This document shows, in pieces, positions 46,676 to 56,098 of a stretch of 64,000 nucleotides of DNA. The position numbers and the translations under genes were made by a program. The stretch is from Patescibacteria group bacterium (GTDB taxonomy: Bacteria > Patescibacteriota > Patescibacteriia > Magasanikbacterales > GWA2-37-8). The notes below the pieces were generated by a model that did no database searches, had not been told where the DNA came from, and saw nothing but the letters and a program-made list of their open reading frames with translations. Location of the stretch: the NCBI GenBank assembly GCA_028688375.1, contig JAQTYG010000001.1, positions 183,420-247,419 on the forward strand, in the 5' to 3' direction. The first letter of the stretch is position 1, and the number at the start of each line of letters is the position of its first letter.

Positions 46676-49189
46676 TTAATTGTCTTCTCTACCCCGGATA
46701 ACCACAAAACCGGCGAAAACCGAAACGATAAACGAAACAACAAAAATCAGACCAAACGTTAGCCAAGAAATTGTCGCCAAATGAAATAACCCGCGCAAAA
46801 ACGGCACGAAAAAAATCACGGTTAAACCCAGAAAAGTGGCCAAAGAAATTATCGCCAAAGTTAAGTTGTTTTTTATCTGTTGCCATTCGCGCGTGGTGAA
46901 AATCAGCATAATCTGCGACACCACCAGCGAACCAAAAGCTAGAGTGGTGCCGGTAAAAAAGTCGTGGCGGATAAAGCCGAAATAACAGTACAGGCCAAAA
47001 CTGACGATAAAAATAGCCAGCGCCTGAACCACCACTTGTTTCCAAAGCCTGGGGTTGATGAGAGGTTCATCCACCGGACGCGGGGGCACGCGCATCACGT
47101 TGCGCGGAGCTTTTTCTTTTTCAAAACCCAGCACCGCCGCCGGATCGCAAATTAATTCTAAGAAAATTATATGGATGGGGAGAAAAATTAACGGCTGGCC
47201 AAAAAACAACGGGATGACGGCCAACCCGACAATCGGTAAATGAAAAGATAGCAAAAACATAAAAGCCTGTTGCATGTTGCGGTAGGTTTTTCGACCCTCT
47301 TTGACCGCGCGGGCGATGGTGGCAAAATTATCGTCCATCAGTACGATACCGGCCGCCTGGCGCGCCACTTCCGTGCCTTTCTGACCCATGGCCACGCCGA
47401 TGTTGGCCTTTTTCAAAGCCGGCGCGTCATTGACGCCGTCGCCGGTCATGGCCACTACTTCGCCGTTTTTTTGCAAGGCTTCCACGATTAAAAATTTTTG
47501 GTCCGGCCGAACGCGGGCGAAAATGTTATGTTCCGCCACGGTTTTTCGCAAAGCGGACGGCGACATTTTTTCCAGTTCATCCCCGCTGATAATCATGTCG
47601 TCGTGCTTCAGACCGACCTGTTCCGCCACATTGTGCGCTGTCATTTTGTTATCACCGGTAATCATCATCACCCGAATGCCGGCTTCCTGGCACATCTGGA
47701 TCGCCTCGCGCACGCGTGAACGCGGGGGGTCGCTCATGGCCAGCAGGCCGACGAAATTCATGGCGGTCGGGGCGATGATTGACTCACGGTCGCAATTTTT
47801 TACCGCCAAAGCGATGACGCGCAAACCGGCCGCGGCAAATTCTTCATAAACGGCCAATTTTTGTTTTTTCTCCGCTTCGGATAACGCGCAATTACCGATG
47901 ATCACTTCCGGCGCGCCGACCGAATATTGGGCGCAAGCGCCGGTAATTTTATCGCGCCAAATATGGTGGACCATTTTGGTGTGGGCGTCAAAAGGACTGT
48001 CTTTAAGCAGTTCAAAACCATCAAAAAATTCCTGGACATTGACGCCAATTTTGGCGGTAAAATTTTGCGCTTCAATTTCCAGCGGGTCGGTGGCGATGCG
48101 TTCCAACGAAAGAATCGCCGGCTTCATCAAATCAACCAGCGCCGTCGGGTCGGACATGGTTTTTATCTCAAACGCCTTGTGGTTGTAGAAAACCCGCTCC
48201 AATGACATGCGGCCTTCGGTCAGTGTGCCGGTTTTGTCGGTACAAATTACCGTGGCCGAACCAAGGGTTTCCACCATCGCCATTTCGCGCACCAAGGCGT
48301 TTTTCTTAGCCAAACGCCAGACGCCCAGAATCAAGAAAACGCTGAAAACAACGGGAAATTCCTCGGGAATCAAGGACATGGCCATGGTCAAAGCGCCCAG
48401 AGTCGCTTCTTTCCAGCCCTGAGCCAACGCTAAAATTAAACCGACGGTGCCGGACGAGAGCATGGCGACGATGGCGATGCTCCGGATTAAATGATTAATT
48501 TTTTTCTGCAACGGGGTTTTTTCTTTAATGATTTTTTCCAACAACGAACCGAGCCGGCCGTATTGGGTGTGCAGGCCGGTGGAATCAACAAATAATTCAC
48601 CCCCACCTTGAGTCACCAGCGTGCCTTGAAATAATTTATGCTCGCCGGCAATGTCGGCCGGTTTGTCCGGCAAAGATTTTTTCGTGGCCGGGGATGATTC
48701 GCCGGTCAGAACCGCTTCATCCACCAGCAGGCCGGGTCCGGAAAACAAAAAGCCATCGGCCGGCAATTTATCTCCGGCGGTCAGATGCACCAGATCGCCG
48801 GGCACGAGATTTTTTATATCTAAAGTAATAAGACGACCACCACGATAAACTTTGCATTGTTCGCTGATCATTTTATCCAATTCGGCCACGGCTTGGTCGG
48901 TTCTCTTTTGTTGAAAATATTGCATCAAACCGATTGGGATAATGGACAGAAAGAAAACCGCCGTTTCCACCAGATCGCCGATGAAATAATAAACCACGGC
49001 GGTGATGATGATTAGCAGCATCATCGGTTCGGAAAAAATATCCCAGAGCATTTTCAGGCGGGTTTTTCTTTTTATTCTCGGCCGTTCATTGGGGCCGTAT
49101 TTGACAGCGAGTTCGGCGGCCTGCTTAACTGACAAACCGCGGTAGGTGTTTTTCTCGCTCCAAATTGATTGAATAATTTCTGTGTTCAT
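46676..49189 (-). CDS. P-type cation-transporting ATPase (P2-type, Ca2+/Mg2+-like)
   Basis: ICTDKTGTLTEG phosphorylation motif, MTGDGVNDAPAL hinge motif, 10 TM architecture, 837 aa. Confidence 0.8.
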   Translation of the reverse strand: MNTEIIQSIWSEKNTYRGLSVKQAAELAVKYGPNERPRIKRKTRLKMLWDIFSEPMMLLIIITAVVYYFIGDLVETAVFFLSIIPIGLMQYFQQKRTDQAVAELDKMISEQCKVYRGGRLITLDIKNLVPGDLVHLTAGDKLPADGFLFSGPGLLVDEAVLTGESSPATKKSLPDKPADIAGEHKLFQGTLVTQGGGELFVDSTGLHTQYGRLGSLLEKIIKEKTPLQKKINHLIRSIAIVAMLSSGTVGLILALAQGWKEATLGALTMAMSLIPEEFPVVFSVFLILGVWRLAKKNALVREMAMVETLGSATVICTDKTGTLTEGRMSLERVFYNHKAFEIKTMSDPTALVDLMKPAILSLERIATDPLEIEAQNFTAKIGVNVQEFFDGFELLKDSPFDAHTKMVHHIWRDKITGACAQYSVGAPEVIIGNCALSEAEKKQKLAVYEEFAAAGLRVIALAVKNCDRESIIAPTAMNFVGLLAMSDPPRSRVREAIQMCQEAGIRVMMITGDNKMTAHNVAEQVGLKHDDMIISGDELEKMSPSALRKTVAEHNIFARVRPDQKFLIVEALQKNGEVVAMTGDGVNDAPALKKANIGVAMGQKGTEVARQAAGIVLMDDNFATIARAVKEGRKTYRNMQQAFMFLLSFHLPIVGLAVIPLFFGQPLIFLPIHIIFLELICDPAAVLGFEKEKAPRNVMRVPPRPVDEPLINPRLWKQVVVQALAIFIVSFGLYCYFGFIRHDFFTGTTLAFGSLVVSQIMLIFTTREWQQIKNNLTLAIISLATFLGLTVIFFVPFLRGLFHLATISWLTFGLIFVVSFIVSVFAGFVVIRGREDN

Positions 49190-49247
49190 GTGGTTTTAAA
49201 TAGCTCTCGTTGTCACCCCCGACCCGATCGGGGGTCCAGGAACTCGC

Positions 49248-51491
49248 TTACTTTTCTGGATTCCCGCCTTCGCGGGAATGACAAATATGTACATTTTTTT
49301 TAACGAGGCTCTCCGTGTCCAAACCAGCTTGACCGTAGACTTCCGTCGCTCGGCCGGATTTAAGAAAATGATCCACGCCGATGAGGCGGTTCTGATAACC
49401 GGCCGGTTGGATAAACTCGCGGGTAAATTCATTCCAGCCGTTGTGCAGAGCGATAACAGTGGCCCTTTCTTCATCGGATAAAATGGCTTGCGCTTTTTTC
49501 GGATCGGTTTTTTCCAGTTCCACAAATAATTCCGGCGAAGTGACGACAACGATTTTTACGTCCAATTTTTGTTTGGCTAAATCGGGCAGGGCTAGTAAAA
49601 CATTTTGCAGAAGCGTGGCGCCACAAACCGCCAGCGCGATTTTTTTGCCGGCGCCGGTGTATTCTTTATAGATGTAAGCGCCATCGCAGGCGGATGAGGC
49701 CGGCGTATTTTTTCTGTCTAACACCGGAGTCTCCGAACGGGACAGGGCCAAAACAATCGGCTCGCCTTTCTCCAAAGCGAAAAACAGCATCTCAATTACT
49801 TCATTGGCATCGGTCGGCTTGTAAACTTTTATCCCGGGATAAGCGTCAAACAAAGACATCCAATACATGCCCTGGTGGGTCGGGCCGTCTTCGCCTGTTT
49901 CCGGGCCGTCATGTGTGGCCAGAGCGATAAAAAAGCCCTGTGTAGCCGGATTGGCGGCATTGGCCACCAGCGCCAAATGCACGGCGTGACCATACATAGC
50001 GGTAAAAACGCCGTAAGTGCCGAACACTGATACCGGCCGGAAACCGCCGGGTAAAACATCCTGCGTCAAGGCCATAGACATCATGGCCATATTTTGTTCA
50101 GCGATGCCAAAACGAATGCCCCGGCCGAACTTATTTTGCGCGTTGATGATGCCATAAACATGCTCCGACTGGCCGAGCAAAACCGATTTGCTCAAATCCC
50201 CCGCTCCGGCGTAAAAAAACGCGGTCTGCTCCATCAACCATTTGCACCAGAGCTCGGAGGCCTGGCGCATGCTAATTTTGTCGCCGGGCTTGAAGGCAAG
50301 TTCGGGCGGGAGGTTTTTCGGACGCTTGATGCCACGCGGATTTATCAGCGGACGATTGGGCAAAGTTTTTTTCATCCGCGCTATCAGTTCAGATTCCGGT
50401 TCAATTTTGTCCGCGCCTTTTTCCAATTGCCAATCAATAAACGAAGCATCGTCTTCAGTCAACGCGTCCAAAATCTTTTGAATATCACGGGCGACATTTC
50501 CCTTTTCTCCGGGCGCGCTAAAACCAAGCTGTTTCAAAATTTTTACATAATCTTCATGGTCGGTCGGCGAACCATGCGAGGCAGTGGTGTTTTCTTTGGC
50601 GCCGTATTCTTTGCCTTTGATAGTGTGGGCGATAATTGCTGTCGGCCGGCTGTTGTCAAAACCTTGGCGGGCGATGGCGTAGGCGTAAAGAAGTTCGTTG
50701 ACATTGTGGCCATTTGCTTCAATCACATTCCAACCAAAACCGAGCCAATAATTCAAATACGGCGCGCTCATGGCTTCTTCAATCGGGCCGTCAATACCAA
50801 AATGATTGTAATCAAGTGAGACGATAATATTGTCGGTGGCGGTGGCGACCAAAACATTGCGCGCTTCAAAAGTCATGCCCTCTTCGCTCTCGGCATCGCC
50901 CATCATCACCCAAACTTTGGTCGGCAGACCGCAACTGGCGTGCGCGATAGCCATACCGCCGGCGGCGGAAAAACCATGGCCGGACGGACCGGTGCAATAG
51001 TCGGCATAGGGATATTGGCTTTCGGCATGACCGGGCGGACCGTCCAAACGGCGGAATTGCGACAAGTGTTCGGGCAGAACGCAATTAACCACGGCTTCAG
51101 AAAATTGGCGACCGGCTCGGCGCATGGCTTCATAGTATAGCGCCTGTCCGCCGTACAAAAGCGGGGTGCAGTGGCCGGCGCTCCAAATCAACCGGTCTCG
51201 GCCGGGATGTTTGGGGTCGGCCGGATCAAAGGCCAGCGAACCGCCCAGGGTAAGCGCTAAAAATTGTTCCACTTTGGAGCTACTGCCCCCGGGATGGCCG
51301 GACCGGGCGCCTTCCACGGTGGCAAAAATAAGGCCACGGAGAATTTTGGCCAGACGGTCTAAACGAGAAATGTCTAGGCCGTTATATGGCTCCAATTCAG
51401 CGTCTTGCAATTTAATATATGTAGCGCCGTCGTTTTTTCCGTTTACTGTCAATTTTTTCAGGTCTTTGGCAACAAGGGGGTTAAGGGGCAT
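49248..51491 (-). CDS. tkt: Transketolase (full length, with an approximately 60 aa N-terminal extension)
   Basis: GHPGGS ThDP motif, GDG..EG block, FGIAEQNMAMM pyrimidine-binding region; 747 aa. Confidence 0.8.
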   Translation of the reverse strand: MPLNPLVAKDLKKLTVNGKNDGATYIKLQDAELEPYNGLDISRLDRLAKILRGLIFATVEGARSGHPGGSSSKVEQFLALTLGGSLAFDPADPKHPGRDRLIWSAGHCTPLLYGGQALYYEAMRRAGRQFSEAVVNCVLPEHLSQFRRLDGPPGHAESQYPYADYCTGPSGHGFSAAGGMAIAHASCGLPTKVWVMMGDAESEEGMTFEARNVLVATATDNIIVSLDYNHFGIDGPIEEAMSAPYLNYWLGFGWNVIEANGHNVNELLYAYAIARQGFDNSRPTAIIAHTIKGKEYGAKENTTASHGSPTDHEDYVKILKQLGFSAPGEKGNVARDIQKILDALTEDDASFIDWQLEKGADKIEPESELIARMKKTLPNRPLINPRGIKRPKNLPPELAFKPGDKISMRQASELWCKWLMEQTAFFYAGAGDLSKSVLLGQSEHVYGIINAQNKFGRGIRFGIAEQNMAMMSMALTQDVLPGGFRPVSVFGTYGVFTAMYGHAVHLALVANAANPATQGFFIALATHDGPETGEDGPTHQGMYWMSLFDAYPGIKVYKPTDANEVIEMLFFALEKGEPIVLALSRSETPVLDRKNTPASSACDGAYIYKEYTGAGKKIALAVCGATLLQNVLLALPDLAKQKLDVKIVVVTSPELFVELEKTDPKKAQAILSDEERATVIALHNGWNEFTREFIQPAGYQNRLIGVDHFLKSGRATEVYGQAGLDTESLVKKNVHICHSREGGNPEK
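49256..49283. repeat. REP-like hairpin family A: CTGGATTCCCGCCTTCGCGGGAATGACA
   Basis: Between the tkt stop and the ATPase start; preceded by an 8 bp GC hairpin ACCCCCGA..TCGGGGGT. Confidence 0.65.
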
Positions 51492-51723
51492 ATTTTGTTT
51501 GAATAATACAAAAAAGTCAGCTATTTAGCTGCTTATATTTTACCATTTTTCCGGGCGGACAACAAGAAAAACCGGGTTGCCAATTGACGACGAACTGTAT
51601 ATAATGATATCCACCAAGTATAATTGACAGCCGTCGCCTTTTATGTTAAATTTTAATGTCAGTTTTAGCCGTTCTTTGACAGAATATTTTTAGAAGGAAC
51701 AACCAAAAAAGGAGGGAAATGAA

Positions 51724-52251
51724 ATGAAAGAGGAAAAAACAGTGGTAAGGGCCTACCTGGCCAATCAGTTTGGGTTCTCGGAAACCGGCCGGTACGTGCT
51801 TGACAGCCTCATCAAGCCGAGGATCACGGCCATGGGCATTGTGATTCTCGACCCGTTTGAGGAGTGCGGAAAGGAACTGGACTTCGCCCATCTTGCCCGC
51901 TTGAAGCGCCATGATAAGGTGACGGCCTATTGGACGGAATTCAACGCGAAAGTGACGCACATAAACAACGCGCTGATGCGCGACTCCAACTGCCTCCTGG
52001 CCGTCTTGGACGGCGGGCACGCGATTGACGACGGCGTCGCAAGCGAAATCGGCTACTACGCCGGCATTCGACAGGGAAAAATTTTCGCCGTCAGAAGCGA
52101 TTTTCGCTGTGGCGAAAACATGGCGGCGGCCATCAACCCCCAAATTCTCGGCTACATCCAACAAAGCGGCGGTTCTCTGTCCGTCTGTCCCGATGCCATG
52201 AAAAAATGGTTCGCGGCCATTCAGACGTGGAAAGAGATGCTCGCGCGGTAG
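51724..52251 (+). CDS. Nucleoside 2-deoxyribosyltransferase family protein
   Basis: AAGGAGGG Shine-Dalgarno; VLDGGHAIDDGVASEIGYYAG matches the NDT family D-x-G-x-x-x-E-x-G-Y-A motif. The opposite-strand 218 aa ORF is rejected. Confidence 0.65.
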   Translation: MKEEKTVVRAYLANQFGFSETGRYVLDSLIKPRITAMGIVILDPFEECGKELDFAHLARLKRHDKVTAYWTEFNAKVTHINNALMRDSNCLLAVLDGGHAIDDGVASEIGYYAGIRQGKIFAVRSDFRCGENMAAAINPQILGYIQQSGGSLSVCPDAMKKWFAAIQTWKEMLAR

Positions 52252-52352
52252 CATGCCGGCTAGAAATCCCCTCCTCATTTCATTCGCCCTTTCGCGAGGC
52301 AAAACGAGCCTTCTCGCCTTGCCTCCTTCTAAAAATATTTTGTATTAAAAGT

Positions 52353-52388
52353 CCGCCACGTGCGTAGTTATGCGTGGCGGGTTTTTTG
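52353..52388 (+). terminator. Rho-independent terminator CCGCCACG-loop-CGTGGCGG followed by GTTTTTT
   Basis: Read directly; downstream of the NDT gene. Confidence 0.65.
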
Positions 52389-52391
52389 TGT

Positions 52392-52427
52392 AAAAAAATG
52401 AGCCCGCGACGGACGACGTCGGAGCTC
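52392..52427 (-). terminator. Rho-independent terminator (GAGCTCCGACG..CGTCGCGGGCTC hairpin followed by a U-tract on the minus strand) after small paralog A
   Basis: Same element recurs at 52907..52943 after paralog B. Confidence 0.55.
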
Positions 52428-52456
52428 GAGAGAAAGAACGGGGGTGTGGCGGTAGG

Positions 52457-52840
52457 CTACTTGGCGAGGTCGGCGGGCACGGGAGGACCTTCGACGACAG
52501 GGAGACCGAGAAGGCGCTGCTGTTCGGGCGTGAGCAGGCTGAGAGCTTTCTTGACCGCTTCGGCCCGGATCGCTTCCTGGTCGCTGAGTTCGACCGGAGT
52601 GTTGTTGAGAACATATCCAGTCTTGCCGTCTTTCGTCAGGACGGACACCTCCACCACATTGCCGTCTCTACCGTACCAGGCCCTCCCCCTACCTTCCGCT
52701 GTGGCCAGGTCTTTGTCGGAGAAATATCCTCCGATATTCCAGCTGTTGCCCATCTCGTTATCGGAGAGTTGTAACATATACCATGTTTCAACTCGCCAAC
52801 CAGCCAGACCTTCTTTGAGCAGTTCCGGCACCATGTTCAT
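52457..52840 (-). CDS. Hypothetical small protein, paralog A (127 aa) of a tandem duplicated cassette
   Basis: AAGGAGG Shine-Dalgarno; shares GWRVETWY, VLTKDGKTG and LLGLP blocks with paralog B; TTGACA-17-TAAAGT promoter at about 52880..52908. Confidence 0.55.
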   Translation of the reverse strand: MNMVPELLKEGLAGWRVETWYMLQLSDNEMGNSWNIGGYFSDKDLATAEGRGRAWYGRDGNVVEVSVLTKDGKTGYVLNNTPVELSDQEAIRAEAVKKALSLLTPEQQRLLGLPVVEGPPVPADLAK

Positions 52841-52906
52841 TCCCTCCTTTTGGGTTGTTGCTGTTTTAGGTTCGAATGCACTTTACTATGAGTGTATTTT
52901 TTTGTC

Positions 52907-52943
52907 AAAAAAAATGAGCCCGCGACGGACGACGTCGGAGCTC
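52907..52943 (-). terminator. Rho-independent terminator after small paralog B (duplicate of 52392..52427), immediately followed by the TTGACA -35 of the paralog A promoter
   Basis: Read directly. Confidence 0.55.
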
Positions 52944-52973
52944 TGAAAGAAGGAGCGGGGGTATGGCGGTAGG

Positions 52974-53345
52974 CTATCTGAGGAAAGGCAGGCCGAGAAG
53001 CTGACACTCTTCGGCGGTGAGTACGGTTCCGATTTTTTTGAGGGCTTCGGCTTTTCTGGCGGCGAGCCGGTTTTCCTCGTCTTCGATCTCGATTACTTCC
53101 CCGCGGAGAGTCCAGCCAGTCTTGTCGTCTTTGGTCAGGACGTGAACCGCTTCCACGACCGCGTCCGAACAAGCTGAGCAGGAACCTCGTTCGTCCCCGT
53201 GTGCGAGGCGAGCCTGATTCTCGCTGGGAAAATACCTCACCTTATCTCCGGCAGGAACCGCGCCGGCAGATAAGGTCATCAGTCCGTACCAGGTTTCCAC
53301 TCGCCAACCGACCTTTTTCAGGTCCTCCATGAGTTCTTCCCACAT
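52974..53345 (-). CDS. Hypothetical small protein, paralog B (123 aa); Cys-containing variant (CSACSD)
   Basis: AAGGAGGG Shine-Dalgarno; TTGACA-17-TAGAGT promoter at about 53395..53425; paralogous to 52457..52840. Confidence 0.55.
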   Translation of the reverse strand: MWEELMEDLKKVGWRVETWYGLMTLSAGAVPAGDKVRYFPSENQARLAHGDERGSCSACSDAVVEAVHVLTKDDKTGWTLRGEVIEIEDEENRLAARKAEALKKIGTVLTAEECQLLGLPFLR

Positions 53346-53431
53346 TTTTCCCTCCTTTTGGGTTGTTACTATTTTGAGTCCGGATTTATTCGCACTCTAA
53401 CCTAAAAAAATGTTTTTGTCAAAAAAAAACG

Positions 53432-55693
53432 CTATTTCTTTAAATACCACAGTCTCCCCTCTTCAAACATTTGGCGCTTCCATTGAAAATAGTTAAAATA
53501 TTCGCACAGCGTGAGCGGAGTCGCGGGGTCGGCGGAAATATTCTCGGCGTCGCAATTCAAATCCGCCGGCAAAGAATAACTCATCCGGCGCGTACCCGAT
53601 ACGTCTTCGTTGATCCAAAGTCCAAACTCGTGCATGCCGAGCAAATCGGGATATTGGTCGCGATCGTCAAAAATGGAATGCCCTTCAAAAGTGTTCGGCC
53701 CATTTAGCCCCAGCAGCTGCAAAATCGTCGGCGCGAAATCCATGGCCGACGCGTAAGTATCCACGTCTTTAGGCAAAATATTCCCCGGCACATACATCAT
53801 AAAAGCCAGCTCGTCGTAAAAATTCATCTTGCCGGTTTCGGCCGGAAAATAATCTTTGGTGTAAGCGGCGGGAAAAACCGCGTGGTCGGCGATGGCCACC
53901 ACGATGGTATTATTCGCGAATTCGCTCGCTTTAAATTGTTCCCAGAATTTTTTGAAAGCGTTGTCAGTGGTGTAAATAGTGTTGAGCAAACGATTTTTTC
54001 CTGCTTCGTATTTTATTTCATCTTTTACCAAATCAAACGGCGGATGCGTGTCCACAGTGGAAAGCATCATCAAGAACGGCTGGGCGCGTTTGGATAATTC
54101 ATCAAAAAATACGGGAAACATTTGGTGGTCGGAATAACCCCAAGCCAATGGCTCGCCGGATATTTTTTTCGCCAGTTCATCCGTGCCCCAAAATTCTTTC
54201 ACGCCCATACTGGCCAAAATCGTATCTTTATTGGCGTAATCTTTATCCACCGCCGTCATATAAAAATTATCGCGCCAGCCGGCCTCATTCAGCGCCTCCG
54301 GCAGACAAAACAAGTGGAGATTCTGTAAATGTTTTTCCATTTCAATTTCATTGTGGCCGGTGGGTGGCAAAAACGAACAAAGCTCGGCCATCAAACCGGT
54401 GACGGTCGGCGTGGAGGGATTATAAACATGGTGGAAAATCGTGGTGGACGAATCCTCGGCCATGGCTTTGAGGCCGGGAGTCAGACCGGCCAAACGCGGA
54501 TTGTAAACTTCGGTCAGCCGGCTGGAAAATGACTCCAAAAAAACAATGATAATGTTCGGTGGCTCGGCCAACAACTTATCGGGTAATAATTTTTTATCGG
54601 ATTGATAAATTTTTTCTTTTTGATTGATGTAAAAATTGTCAGCATTGTAATTCAGGCCGAACCGTTTTAATTTTTCTCTGACTACCGGCGATAATTCCAC
54701 ATTTTTTTCCGCGCCCTTAAAATACGAGTAAAAAGATTTGATGATGGCCGCTTCCGGCGTATTGCGCAGGGAGGCGACGGCGAAAAAAGACAAAACCGCC
54801 AGGCCGATGATGGCAGCGTCAAAAAAATACCAATAGCGGGCGCCGGTCAGACGATGCGAAGCGAGAAATTTTTTGAAAATTAAAACAAACGCGACGCCGG
54901 TGGCTAAAAATAGCGCCGCCGATACCACGGCTGATTTCCAAAAAATAAAGAAGCCCCCGCCCTCGGCGTGCTCCAACATCACCGGACTTAAATAGAGCCC
55001 GGAATTGTAAATGATGCTGGCGTTGGCGAAACTGACCAACAGGGCCAGGACGAACGCCGTTAACCAAAAAATCCAAAACAAATGACGCCAACGATTTTTT
55101 AATCGTAAATACAAAAAACTGGCCAGAGCAAAACCGCCCAGCCAAAACATAGTGAGGGCGAAAGAGCGAAACAGGACGATGTTAAAAAATTTAACATTAG
55201 AATCAAGGATGTAATATTTATAGGCGAAATACTGAAAAACGGCGCTGGTGATAAAAATAAAAACCGACAGAACGAATTGACTGCGGGCGACGACACGCCA
55301 ATTTTGGGTGGCTGGATGTTGACCGAGATAATAATCCAAACGCCAAAATAACAGGCCGAGCACGGCGCCGAACCAAAGCAAACTGATAATTTCCGAACGA
55401 CTGAAAAAAATCAGGAAAAAAAGCGAAGCGATGAAAAAAAATTCATTCAAAAAATTGAAAAACTCGTTGGACCAATAAGCGTGCCGGCCGAAACGGATCA
55501 CCAGATAACGGTAAACTTTTTTAGCGATAAACCAAACCAGCCAGATCGCCAACCAAACCGCCAGCCAGACAATAATAAAACGAACCCGCGGATGGCGCGG
55601 GAAATGATACCATTGCCAGCCGGAGGCGATGATAATACTGGCCGCGGGCGCTAACAGCCGCGGGATTATTTTGTTAAACCAATCAAATTTCAT
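53432..55693 (-). CDS. LTA synthase family protein / phosphoglycerol (sulfatase-type) transferase with N-terminal polytopic membrane domain
   Basis: Multiple N-terminal TM helices; C-terminal alkaline-phosphatase-superfamily blocks IIIVFLESFSS and STVDTHPPF. Confidence 0.65.
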   Translation of the reverse strand: MKFDWFNKIIPRLLAPAASIIIASGWQWYHFPRHPRVRFIIVWLAVWLAIWLVWFIAKKVYRYLVIRFGRHAYWSNEFFNFLNEFFFIASLFFLIFFSRSEIISLLWFGAVLGLLFWRLDYYLGQHPATQNWRVVARSQFVLSVFIFITSAVFQYFAYKYYILDSNVKFFNIVLFRSFALTMFWLGGFALASFLYLRLKNRWRHLFWIFWLTAFVLALLVSFANASIIYNSGLYLSPVMLEHAEGGGFFIFWKSAVVSAALFLATGVAFVLIFKKFLASHRLTGARYWYFFDAAIIGLAVLSFFAVASLRNTPEAAIIKSFYSYFKGAEKNVELSPVVREKLKRFGLNYNADNFYINQKEKIYQSDKKLLPDKLLAEPPNIIIVFLESFSSRLTEVYNPRLAGLTPGLKAMAEDSSTTIFHHVYNPSTPTVTGLMAELCSFLPPTGHNEIEMEKHLQNLHLFCLPEALNEAGWRDNFYMTAVDKDYANKDTILASMGVKEFWGTDELAKKISGEPLAWGYSDHQMFPVFFDELSKRAQPFLMMLSTVDTHPPFDLVKDEIKYEAGKNRLLNTIYTTDNAFKKFWEQFKASEFANNTIVVAIADHAVFPAAYTKDYFPAETGKMNFYDELAFMMYVPGNILPKDVDTYASAMDFAPTILQLLGLNGPNTFEGHSIFDDRDQYPDLLGMHEFGLWINEDVSGTRRMSYSLPADLNCDAENISADPATPLTLCEYFNYFQWKRQMFEEGRLWYLKK

Positions 55694-56053
55694 CTAGCTT
55701 TCAAAATTGTAAGTTTTTTCCTCCCGAACGCGACGCTTATCTTTTTTAATTTTTTCGCGCTGGAGAATTTTGTGTTTCTTCAATTCGCCTTCCAGATAAT
55801 CGCGCACCTTGTCAATCGCTTTGTAGAGATTTTTTTCGTTTTTGGAGGCAAACAAATCCACGCCCGGCACGTCCAGCCGGCATTCGGCGATAAACACCTC
55901 GCCTTTCAGGTGGTGGTCGGTTTCCTTGCCGACTTTTACTTCCGCTTTAATGATTTGATCGTAAAATTTTTCCAAACCACCGATTTTTTTATCCACGTAA
56001 GCCTTGATCGCTTCGGTTAAATCCATGCCCTTGCCACTGATGATGATTTTCAT
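55694..56053 (-). CDS. hpf: Ribosome hibernation promoting factor (RaiA/HPF family)
   Basis: MKIIISGKGMDLTEAIKAYVDKKIGGLEKF matches the YfiA/HPF family; 119 aa. A 12 nt direct repeat ATTGAAGATTTA x2 lies upstream (56058..56082). Confidence 0.75.
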   Translation of the reverse strand: MKIIISGKGMDLTEAIKAYVDKKIGGLEKFYDQIIKAEVKVGKETDHHLKGEVFIAECRLDVPGVDLFASKNEKNLYKAIDKVRDYLEGELKKHKILQREKIKKDKRRVREEKTYNFES

Positions 56054-56098
56054 AAAATTGAAGATTTAGGATTGAAGATTTATGATTAAATTTGGAAT

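Noticed and set aside
49196-49549. 117 aa minus-strand ORF overlapping the tkt 3' end
   Set aside because: Different frame within tkt extending across the REP element; no RBS; tkt homology is continuous.
50094-50819. 241 aa plus-strand ORF and other long antisense ORFs inside tkt, the P-type ATPase and the FN3 gene
   Set aside because: High-GC coding regions generate long antisense open frames. The sense-strand proteins have unambiguous family motifs.
51646-52302. 218 aa minus-strand ORF overlapping the nucleoside 2-deoxyribosyltransferase gene
   Set aside because: The plus-strand gene has a strong SD and a recognisable family motif. The minus-strand ORF is a GC-driven open frame without RBS.
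52374-52946. 190 aa plus-strand ORF spanning the small-paralog cassettes
   Set aside because: It is created by the duplicated terminator/promoter sequence (begins and ends with the same KKMSPRRTTSEL peptide). The minus-strand paralogs show protein-level conservation, SD and promoters.
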